Below, piece after piece: positions 12,173 through 21,385 of a stretch of DNA of 64,000 nucleotides. Position 1 is the stretch's first letter. Each line of letters starts with the position of its first letter. The position numbers and the translations under genes are program-made. This DNA is from Blastocladiella emersonii ATCC 22665 (taxonomy: Eukaryota; Fungi; Blastocladiomycota): positions 1,240,001 through 1,304,000 of the forward strand of contig JANHCV010000010.1 of NCBI GenBank assembly GCA_025594325.1. The letters run 5' to 3'. The notes beneath the pieces were generated by a model. The model had not been told where the DNA came from and searched no databases. It saw only the letters and a program-made list of their open reading frames with translations.

Positions 12173-12610
12173 TTGTGTTGTTCTCTGGACTTCGCTCCGC
12201 CAGGGCTGAGGTCGCTCAAGATGGACAAATGCAGGCTTACGTACGATGCGCTACAATCGTTGGCCGCACGTCTGCCCCGCTCCGTCAACTCGCTCAGCCT
12301 TATCGGAACTTGTTATGATGATTTACATAGCCGCGAAGCGTTGATGCACCTGGTTACTGCGCACCGAGGCGTCCTGAAGATTTACCTGGTGAAAAATTTT
12401 GATGCAGAGCTGGCAGGTTCACTCGAAAAGACATTGTAGCGGTGCTTGCACATATATACATGCTCGAACGTTCGCTATCTTGCGCAAGGCTCAGGAGTAG
12501 TCGGTCATTTTCGACCAGCTCGGCCTCGTGCGGCAATAATTGAAAGGTAAATTGAGATCGGCGACATAGCCGTTCTGAATTCGTGGGCAAAGGAGCGTGG
12601 GATCGAGCTG
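12173..12610 (+). pseudogene. Decayed LRR and ankyrin-like remnants
   Basis: KCRLTYDALQSLAARLPRSVNSLSL (LRR-like) followed by a stop-riddled GDIAVLNSWAKERGIEL matching the family's VLEFWRDSGLPL motif. Confidence 0.5.
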
Positions 12611-13120
12611 CGTTAGCCTTGTTGCGTGTCGTTCATGCGGCCGTGACCGCGGTGATCAATCATCTGATCTCGCGTGAGCCGCCCGCAACCCTCGCTCCCG
12701 CGCCGCAGCACCCCGCTGCGGCGCGCCCTGCTTTGTTATCCATTCTCCCCTCTCCCCGTCTTGGGTTCGCGGCCGAAGGCAGGAAATAGACATCCCTGAC
12801 TACTTGTCTCCTGCCTCCTTCTGTCGGCATCAACAAGCCTCACGATGGTCCTCAGCAGGCCAGCCAACGACTTGCCCTGAACGATGTTCAGTTTGGCCTG
12901 GCCACCGAGCTCTCGTCCCCCTCTTTCGACCAAAATATTTGTTTTCGACGCGGGTAACTGCGGCGCGAGTCCCCGCGGTCGGCGTTGGACACAATGGACG
13001 CGTTTGAATATCATGTGATGCGGAGCAGCTGTGGCGCAAAACACTCGGCACCGTTTCTGACTGCATCTCCCACCCCTCATCCAACTCCCATGGAAACCAA
13101 TGAATAAGCAGCTATGAGAC

Positions 13121-15049
13121 ATGATGCAACGCGCTAGATCACACTCGATGCACCGAATCGGCAAAATGTTTGTCCCAGAGCTCATGGACCAGATCCTCGC
13201 CGAGGCCGTGCGCCTCCACGTCCGCGATAATCCGAGCATCCCTCTCGCCGCGCTCGTACCTTACTCGCGGGTCGCTCCACGCGCTCTCATTCCTGGCGCT
13301 TTCCGAACCATTCGAGAGCACGTCTTGTCTATCTCAGTGGACGAGGCGAGTGGCGCTGGTCGCACTGACCTCTTGCGCTTCCGAATCAGATTCGAGCTCT
13401 CCACGGAACACACCAATGCCGCACTCGACCTCGCCGTGAAGCATCGGCACTACGACGTGCTCGAATTCTGGCGCGACTCGGGTCTCCCGCTAGTTTATCG
13501 TGCGATCCATCCATGGGCTTCCGCACTAATGGGCGTCCCGTGTCACTACTCTGACGACTGGGGTGCTACTGCAGACCGATTGGAGCGGTGCGGGAACCTT
13601 GAAGAGGCGGGAATATGTCGCCAGTTTGCCCAGACTGGAGTCGTCACAGGTGCCAAGCTTGCAGCGGGCGATCGCAACTGCAGAAACGCGTACAACTGGG
13701 TCATGAACGGGGCATCCGAAATCCGTCTCCACAGATCCCGTATTTCCTTGGACGGCATCCGCGCACTCAACCGCGCCCTGTCAATTCCAAATCATCCGGT
13801 TGCCTCCCTTGACCTGGAAAATGTCGACTTGGACTTTGCTCGCCTGCAAACCATCAAGTTTCCCTCGTCGCTCACGTCCTTGCGGCTGCACTGCAATCGT
13901 ATCGCGCATCGATGCGCTCCCAACAGTACCTTCAAATGGCCCGCCAGTCTCAAATCGCTTGACTTGGGAGAGGAGCACTTCACTCTTCCCCACTTTGCAG
14001 TCCACTTACGGTCCCTTCCACGGGCGTTGACGAAACTCAAGCTCTATGATTGCGTCATGGACCCCGCCACCCTCGAGAACCTTGCAAGTGGCCTTCCCGC
14101 GGGCCTTCGAAAGCTACATTTGATCGAGTGCGAACTTGATGCTTCCGACGTGACAGTACTTGCGCGCCATTTTCCCTCCGGCCTACTCTCGCTTCACCTT
14201 GACGGCTGCAACCTTGATGACGCTGGTGCTGACGCCGTATCGCGTACCTTGCCTCATGGACTCGAAGAGCTCAACTTGCGCTCGAACTCGATTACGTCGA
14301 TTGGGGCCGTTGTGCTCGCCGAGCGACTCCCTCTGCGCTTAAAGACGTTGCACATTGGCAACAACTACGACATTGACCACGCCGCGCTTTGTGCCATCTT
14401 CGACAAGCTTCCCGATACTCTGGAGTCGCTCGACTTCGAGAACTTGAACGTGGACGCTCGCGCCCTTGCTGCTCTCGCAAGCCGTCCACGACCTTCGCTC
14501 AAGACGATTGGTTTCGACGAGATTCTGGGGGGACCAGAATGCGATCGATCCGCCGTGCCAGACTTGGACCCTGACTGCTGGGGTCAAGGGAGCGAGGTGC
14601 CAAGCGAGCCCGTATTCCCTGTCCTCAAGGAGCTATACCTCGAATACTTCAGGTTTGGCTCGAGTCGGAATGTGCAGCTGCTTCTGCCGCGACTCCTGGG
14701 CCCGAGTCTCGTCTCAATCAACCTTGGGTCTTGCGAGGTTGACGACGACTGCATCGCGACGTTCATCAACTTTGCTCCGTCGAGTCTTGAGGACCTCAAC
14801 CTGCGCGCCAACAAGCTTGCTGACTCTGCTGCTGCCCTGCTTGCTGACAAGTTACCGGGCTCAGTCAAGTATCTCGACGTCTTGGAAAACCCGTTCACCG
14901 ATGTCGGATTCATGCTCTTATTTGCCCTCGGACTGAAGCGTATGGGGAATCTTCAGATATCCTTCGACAAGGATGGCCCAAGCGACGAGGTGTGGGCGCT
15001 GTTTGAAAAGTACTCGAGGCAGGAGCCGGAAATTTTTCGTGCTGTGTGA
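13121..15049 (+). CDS. Intact 642-aa F-box-like/ankyrin-like/RNI-type LRR protein, subfamily B
   Basis: Intronless ORF: FVPELMDQILAEAV (F-box-like), AVKHRHYDVLEFWRDSGLPL (ankyrin-like), more than 10 LPxxLxxLxLxxN/C repeats. Confidence 0.85.
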   Translation: MMQRARSHSMHRIGKMFVPELMDQILAEAVRLHVRDNPSIPLAALVPYSRVAPRALIPGAFRTIREHVLSISVDEASGAGRTDLLRFRIRFELSTEHTNAALDLAVKHRHYDVLEFWRDSGLPLVYRAIHPWASALMGVPCHYSDDWGATADRLERCGNLEEAGICRQFAQTGVVTGAKLAAGDRNCRNAYNWVMNGASEIRLHRSRISLDGIRALNRALSIPNHPVASLDLENVDLDFARLQTIKFPSSLTSLRLHCNRIAHRCAPNSTFKWPASLKSLDLGEEHFTLPHFAVHLRSLPRALTKLKLYDCVMDPATLENLASGLPAGLRKLHLIECELDASDVTVLARHFPSGLLSLHLDGCNLDDAGADAVSRTLPHGLEELNLRSNSITSIGAVVLAERLPLRLKTLHIGNNYDIDHAALCAIFDKLPDTLESLDFENLNVDARALAALASRPRPSLKTIGFDEILGGPECDRSAVPDLDPDCWGQGSEVPSEPVFPVLKELYLEYFRFGSSRNVQLLLPRLLGPSLVSINLGSCEVDDDCIATFINFAPSSLEDLNLRANKLADSAAALLADKLPGSVKYLDVLENPFTDVGFMLLFALGLKRMGNLQISFDKDGPSDEVWALFEKYSRQEPEIFRAV

Positions 15050-16918
15050 AGCAGAAAATATTGTTTATTTTGAGACGCCTTTGTGATACTTGCTCAAGCT
15101 AACGCACAAGAGAATAGTTTTGGCGAGATTCGCTCAGCCAGTCGACATAGGGAAGCTAGATAATCCGAACCTTTCATTGTCATGACAGCGTTGCCGACTG
15201 CAACTCGAGCCCGCCGCATCGCCGCGTCGCCGCGAACGGTGATGGACGCGTTCGGAAATCATGTGATGTGGCGCACGAAGTGGCGCACCAGCCGCTTGTC
15301 GACGTCGCCCGCTGGTCAGGTCGCCGGTTTGCCACCGCTCCCCCGGCCTCTATCGCTCCAATGCAAACTAATGGATCATCCCGCTGAACACCATGCAACG
15401 TCTCAACGTAAACGCAACAACTTCGCTTGCCCACTTTGCCCCCGAGCTCGTCGATCAAGTCCTCGCTGAGGCCGTCCGCCTTCGCGTCCGCGATGACCCC
15501 AACCTCGCTCTTGCTTCTCTTCTGCCAGTTTTGCGGGTCGCTCCCCGCTTCCTTATCCCTGGTGCACACCGTGCTGTCCAACTACATGTTCTTGCCATGC
15601 TTGTGGACAAGGCGAGTGCCGCCGGCCGCGCCGACCTGCTTCGTTATCGAGTCGCCCACGGTCTGCCCATGGATTACAGCGAGGCCGCCTTACATCTCGC
15701 TGTCGAGCGTCGGCATTACGAAGTGCTCGAGTTCTGGCGCGATTCGGGACTGCCGCTGATGTACCAGTCCCACCCTCAATGGGCGTCCGTACTTTTGGGG
15801 TTGCCTGTCAACATTTCCGATTGGGCTGCTGCTGCTGCCGCGGCCGAGAATCGTGGTGATCTGGACACCGCCCGTCAGTATCGCCAGTTTGCCCTCACTG
15901 GCCCCACAGGCAGCAAGGTCGCAGCTGGCAATATTGATTGTACACGAGCTTACGGTAACGTCAAGAGCGGACTCTCTGATATCAGTTTCCACTGGACACG
16001 CATTTCCATGGATGGTATTCGCGCACTCAACCGCGCGCTCTCGATACCGGACCGGCCAGTCACCTCACTTTCCTTTTCCGCAGCTGATTTGGACTTCAGT
16101 CGACTATACGCCATCAGATTCCCGATCTCGCTTGTTGACTTGAGTCTGTGCTCGAACCGCATTGCATACCAGTGTCCGCCGGGTGCAATTCTACAGCTAC
16201 CTGCCAACCTCGCCACTCTCGGGCTGTACAGAGATGACTTGACCCTCCCCCACTTTGCCGCCAGCCTCCAATTTCTTCCTATCACCTTGACGGAGCTCTG
16301 GATCGCAAATTGCGAAATGAGCGCTGAGACGGCCATGCATCTCGCAAGTGGCATCCCAGCTGGCCTCGTCTCGCTTCATTTGGAGGCCTGCAAGCTTGAC
16401 GACGAATGTGTCGCGGTCATTGTGCGCGCCATTCCCAGTAACCTTGAAAAGCTTGGCTTCCGCTCCAATTTGATGCTGGGCTCAACCCCAGTGGTCTCCC
16501 CGAAAAAACCTGGTCCACGTGACCTAGGCTCGTCGTCGTCCCTCGCGACCGGTCACCTGACCGCCTAACACATTCATAAACCAGGCCTTTTCTGCCCGTT
16601 GCTCGCTCCCCGCCCCGTGAAATCGTCTATGAAGCTTCCACCATGATAACATGCAGCATTGGCATCTCTGCAGCCCAATAAATCTCGCTGAAACTCGTCA
16701 CGACGCCGTCTTCACACTGAGCCAAGCACAGAGAAATGTTGCGAGAGCACCGACGGCCACTTCACGCCATGCGAGGAGATAGCGGTGCTGCTGAGGACTG
16801 CGGCATCACGCTCATGCCCGCTATGGCGAAGACCGAGGACGGGAAGCCTGTCCAGTCTCCCGCCGCTCCATCTTCTCTGGGTTCGAACGCCACCGCGTCG
16901 CGTGCCCGCCACTCGAAC

Positions 16919-17690
16919 GTGCTCGTGTGCGACCCGTCGCTCCCAAGCAACCTCGAGTGGCGCCTCGGCCAGCGGGTACTCCCGCCCGTGACCCGCCTGT
17001 ACGCCGTGATTGAGCGCACCAACCCCGCGCGGCTCGCGCACCTGCCTTGGGATTGCGCGCATTTTGGTGCGGCCCAAGACGCGAGGAGCGGCGACGCGAC
17101 CAACGACATGCATCCGCCTAAGGACATGCTGTTGGGCGCTGAGTGGTTCGCCGCCGTCGAGCAGATGCACATACGTTACAAGAACTCGGCGTGTACCGCG
17201 TTAGTGGACCTCACGTCGTGTCCGGCCCGTTGCGCGCTGCCAACGGGGCCAACCTGACCGCGGCCATCACGCCCAGCTCCGTGTCTCTTGACTGGTCGTG
17301 TCCCACGCGCCGCCCGTCAGAGCGTGACCACGCAGGTCGTCACGCAGCCCGCACGCATTTGACCCGGTACGCGCAGCGGTGGCTCATGTGCAACGACGCG
17401 GCGTGCGCGTGGCGCACGCGCAACGTCCGCGTGTACGGCGCGCGCTGCGCGCAGTTCTTGCGGTACACCGGCCGCATGGGGTTCGTCCACTAGCCCAACG
17501 CGCTGTGCCGCCAGCTTGCCAACACATGTTTGACTCCGACAAAGCGGCGGCGACCGCGGCTAAGGTCAACGGCACCCGCGCCATGCTCCTCGCCCACGCG
17601 CTTAAGTTTCGCGCAGTCTACAGCGCAATCAACGCTTACTTTGCCGTTAAGACCACACCCAGGTCGATCCCGCGCCGCCCTTCTTGTTGA
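16919..17690 (+). pseudogene. POL1: Decayed fragment of the DNA polymerase alpha catalytic subunit C-terminus (zinc-binding CTD)
   Basis: QRVLPPVTRLYAVIERTNPARLAH resembles Pol alpha QQI.PPV.RL...I.G.D..RLA..LGLD; WLMCNDAACAWRTRNVRVYGARC resembles WLVCDD..C..RTR.MSVYG.RC; MFDSDKA; with frameshifts, a stop and lost Cys residues. Confidence 0.8.
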
Positions 17691-18132
17691 AAGCGGCCAC
17701 CCGAGGCGCAGTCCCGGCTTGAGGAACAAGCGCTGGCGACTCTTCAAGCGAGTAGAGATATCGGCTGGGCCCACGGCAAGATGAACTTCGCGTCGGTTTG
17801 GTTGTTCATCGCAAAACCTGCAGCAGCGGTTCGGGGCCCGATCGCGGCCGGATCGCGGCCAGAAAGCAGCATCTGGGCCGGATCTGTGATATTATCCTGA
17901 CGCGGACCGGATCTGGCTCAGACGCCGCGCGGGCGGCGCGAGCGGGGTCGGGGCAGCGTCTGGGCAGCGTTGGGGCGGTATCCGGCCCAGATCCGGCCCT
18001 GATCGTGCCGTGATCCTGCCCTGATCTCGCCCAGGTCCGGGACAGAGGCTGCCGTGATGCCGCCGCGAAGTGCGCACCGATCGTGTCACTATCCCGCTCG
18101 CATCGTGGCCGGATCCGGGCACACGTCGCAGT

Positions 18133-18228
18133 CAGATCCTGGCCGTATCGTCGCCGGATCCGGGCCATGTCGCGCTCAGATCCTGGCCGTATCGTCGCCG
18201 GATCCAGGCCATGTCGCGCTCAGATCCT
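18133..18228 (+). repeat. 44-bp tandem repeat (about 2.2 copies) in the left subterminal region
   Basis: CAGATCCTGGCCGTATCGTCGCCGGATCCRGGCCATGTCGCGCT at 18133 and 18177, partial copy at 18221. Confidence 0.9.
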
Positions 18229-18381
18229 GACCCAGTCGGGGAGTCATCCGCAGCATTCGGGTATATATATATACAATATCATCATATCGGAACACGCTTG
18301 GGCGGCCGGCCGGCCGGCCTGCCCGCTCGCCCGCCCCCACCCCACGGTGCGACAGCGCGTGCGCGCGCGCGCGCCCTTGGC

Positions 18382-19030
18382 CTACTTCTTGGCCTTGGTC
18401 TTCGTTCTGCGAGGCACCGAGATGGCGAACGCCGCGAGCGTCGCCGCGCGCTTGGCGCTGGGCTTGCGCACGCGCGTCAACTTGGCCCGCGTCGCGGGCG
18501 TTGCGGGAGGCGCGGGTGGCGCGTTCTCGACGTTGTTGGTCGGGTCCGTCTCCTGCGTGACTTGGGCATCGGTCCACGCCGACTCGTTGTCTTCGGCGCG
18601 CTCGTCGTCCTCGATGACGCCACTCTCGGTCGCCGCCGACTGGAGCAGCTTGGCCTCGGTCTCGCCGTCGACCACGCCCGCTGGATCTTGAGCAGCAGCC
18701 GCAGCATCGACGGCCGCGGCCGGCGAGGTGAGCCCGTGTGCCGCGCCGACTTGGGGCTCGACCATGGACCCGCTGGTCGGTGTTGCACCGGCACTGACAC
18801 CTGCAGCAGCGGTGCGATGGGCTGGGAGGTGGGGGCGATGGCATGAGCGTCAGCGTCGGTCACTCGGACGCGGAGACAGCAGCGAAGGGAGCATACGACG
18901 AGGCCGCTGCTGCAGTGGCGGAGGTGGTGGTGGCCGAGGTGGTGGCGGGGTCGGCGAACGTGGACGACGAAGGGGACTGGCGTCGCTCTCGCCGCCCTCG
19001 TCATCGAGAGGGGAGGGAGAGCGGGAGCGG
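18382..19030 (-). CDS. Spliced low-complexity cargo ORF inside the TIR element (intron 18822..18896; start unresolved)
   Basis: GTATGC donor, GCTGAC branch and CCCAG acceptor join the RSRSRSPSP...LQQRPR frame to MVEPQVG...KTKAKK; acidic middle, basic tail. Confidence 0.45.
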
Positions 19031-19110
19031 GAGCGGGCGGGCGGGCGGGCGGGGCGAGGGGCGCCCTGGGGGCGCCCCCTCTTCGCCGCCGCTGTGCAGC
19101 ACGCCGCCAA

Positions 19111-19150
19111 ACGCGCCAACGCGCCAACGCGCCAACGCGCCAATCACGTG
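19111..19150 (-). promoter_or_regulatory. Four tandem ACGCGCCA (TGGCGCGT) units followed by an overlapping CCAAT and CACGTG
   Basis: Exact 8-bp x4 repeat 19111-19142; minus strand reads TTGGCGCG, an E2F-type consensus. Confidence 0.5.
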
Positions 19151-19992
19151 CTCAACGCGTCGCTGCCTCGACGCCTCGCCGCCGTGCCGCAATCTCTCCC
19201 GCGCGCACGCACGCCAACGCTGGTCCGCCCACGCCCAAAGTAGCTCCCATGTAACTGCCCGCTACGCACGGTGGCCGCCGCCGCAGTGGTCGCTGCTGCC
19301 GCGTCCCCACGCTGTCCACCTGTCCCTGGTGGGCGGGTATGGCGTCGCCCACGGCGGGCATCACGACCACGTTGCGCGGCGACTACTCTCGCTCGCCCTC
19401 GCCGCGCGGATCGACCCATAGCAATCAATACATGCATTTGATCCTTGACACCGCATCTCACCGTCCCGCCGCAGCTCGCGGCCATGGCAGCTGCAGCCCG
19501 CGGCCAAGCCCCCCGTCTGGGCCGGATCTGGGCCCGGCAACCAGATCTGGCCGGATCCCGCCCCGACACCCGAGCCCCTCCGCGCGCGCCCACCCCGCCG
19601 CCCGCGTCTGAGCCGGATCCGGCCCAGAAGCGCAGTCTGGCTCAGATCCGGGCCAGAGCGGTGCTGCAGGTTTTGCGATGTTGCCTGCGCCTTGGCGCAA
19701 CGCGACCGTGTAATGACGGCGGCCAAACTGAGAAGGGTCATTGTGGAGCGGCGGCTGCATTGGATGCAGATATCAGCCAAACGCATTCAACATTTACAGT
19801 CCATCAATCCGTGTGCATGCGTATGGGCTGGACTTAAAAAAAAAAAGTTCATAGCCTTGATTCTGAGATCAGCAAGGGCCTGAGTCGCTGGCGGTCAAAG
19901 CAATCGCGCATGGCCATGATCATGGCCATGGCTGTGATGACGTTCCTCCGATCACGGCGCAGAGTTTCAACACTCAGGAGCGGAATCTATAA

Positions 19993-20080
19993 GTTGAGGT
20001 TGGTTGGGTTGAGGTTGAGTTGAGTTGAGGTTGAGTTGAGGTTGAGTTGAGGTTGAGTTGAGGTTGGGTTGGGTGGGTTG
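19993..20080 (+). repeat. (GTTGAG/GTTGA)n simple tandem repeat next to the right inverted end of the composite insertion
   Basis: Directly visible 5/6-bp periodicity. Confidence 0.9.
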
Positions 20081-21385
20081 GGGGAGGGGGTGGGGTTGAA
20101 AGCCCAGCACGGAGGGGAGCAGTTCCTAACGCTACCGGTCGCCAATTACAACTGTTGGGGCTTTGGCGCTCGCTGCGCACCTTCCCCGCGGTTTGAAGGA
20201 GCTGTTTCTTGGTTGCAACTACGATATTGACAATACTGGACTCTGCGCCATCTTTGACAGCCTGCCCGACACTCTCGAAGAACTTGACTTCGAGCACTTG
20301 AGCGTGGACGCTTGAGCGCTTGCAGTTCTCGCGAGTCGCCCGCGACCTTCGCTCAAAATTATTGGTTTTTGAAGACGCTGAGGTGGCACCTGATTTTGCC
20401 GTGTCCGATGTGCCAGACCTTGATTTGGACGACGCTGTCCCAAGTGAGCCCATATTTCCGGCCCTCGAAGTGCTCTATCTCGAACCCTTTGCCTTTGGTT
20501 CGAGCCACAATTGTCGGCTGCTCCTGATGCGTTTCCTCGGCCCGCGCCTTCGCGCGCTCAAGCTCAACGAGTGCGAGATCGACGACGACTGCCTCAAAAC
20601 TATACTTGACTATGCTCCGCCAGAACTGAAGGAGGTTCAGCTGTATGAGAATCGGCTCACTGACGCTTCAGCTGTGCTACTTGCGAACCGCACACCGATT
20701 TCTGTCGAGCATCTCATACTTGCCGACAATCCCTTTACGGATACCGGGTTCATGCTCCTGTTTGCACTTGGGATGAAGCGCGCGGGAACTCTCAAGATCG
20801 CTGTGACTGGTGACCACCTCAGCGACGAGTTGAGGGCTCTCTTTGAAAAGTACTCCAAGGAGGAGCCAAAAGCGTTTTTAAGTATACGATTAATTGATAC
20901 ACATAAATGAATGTGTGCAGGAGACATCGCTTTTGAGAGTTTGTGCGCATCGCGCCTGCGCTTTCGCTGCTGCTTTTGCCAGTAACTTATTGCAGCCCGT
21001 TTCCTGTGTTACGCAACATCCCAATGCTACCCATGGATTTACCATTGAGATTCATTCGTGTAAGTCAGTGGTGCTAAGAACCGGACGTGTGACGCGAGGC
21101 CTCCGAATGGTCGCGAGTGTTGGCGGGACGTGCTAGGTGCGTGGTGCGAGGTGCAATGTTGATGGCTCAGCCAAAGCGTTCATTGTGGCCGACGGAAGTC
21201 CACGCCTGTAGGGCGCGTCTTTTTTATCGCAGCGGCAGACGCGCCAGGTTCGGAGCAAACGACGCGTCGGAATATCACGTGAGGTGAGACACTTTGTGGA
21301 GATCGCGACGCGTCTTCGAGACGCGTCTTCGCGCCAGCTCGCACGCCTCCGCACTACTCCATGTGTACTCGCAAGAAAATCAGTC

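Larger units (their letters stand above)
17807..19680. mobile_element. Non-autonomous TIR DNA element (1874 bp) with GATC-rich subterminal repeats
   Basis: Perfect 19-bp TIR CATCGCAAAACCTGCAGCA at both ends, further degenerate inverted blocks (TCTGGGCCGGATC, GGCTCAGACGC); TT on both flanks; no transposase ORF. Confidence 0.85.
16471..20141. mobile_element. Composite ~3.7-kb insertion with degenerate inverted ends carrying host-gene cargo
   Basis: Interrupts a colinear LRR gene; TGCTGGGC--TCAACCCCA (16474-16490) is inverted relative to TGGGGTTGAAAGCCCAGCA (20091-20109); CCAATT at both junctions (16465-70, 20142-47). Confidence 0.6.
15393..20910 (+). pseudogene. Subfamily B paralog split by the insertion at ~16471..20141; 5' part open (ORF 15393..16568), 3' part 20145..20910 damaged
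   Basis: Alignment to 13121..15049 stops at FRSN and resumes at ITTVGALAL; TGA at 20313 and +1 T in the T-run 20366-20370. Confidence 0.85.

Noticed and set aside
18070-18846. Plus-strand ORFs in the TIR element as a transposase
   Set aside because: Translations of subterminal repeats and antisense cargo; no DDE or zinc-finger motifs
19993-20080. Telomere-like or CRISPR-like repeat
   Set aside because: Irregular 5/6-bp simple repeat with no spacers, internal to an insertion, and not TTAGGG-type
16471-20141. Helitron or endogenous giant-virus segment
   Set aside because: No TC...CTRR termini and no viral hallmark genes; the polymerase fragment has the cellular Pol alpha CTD
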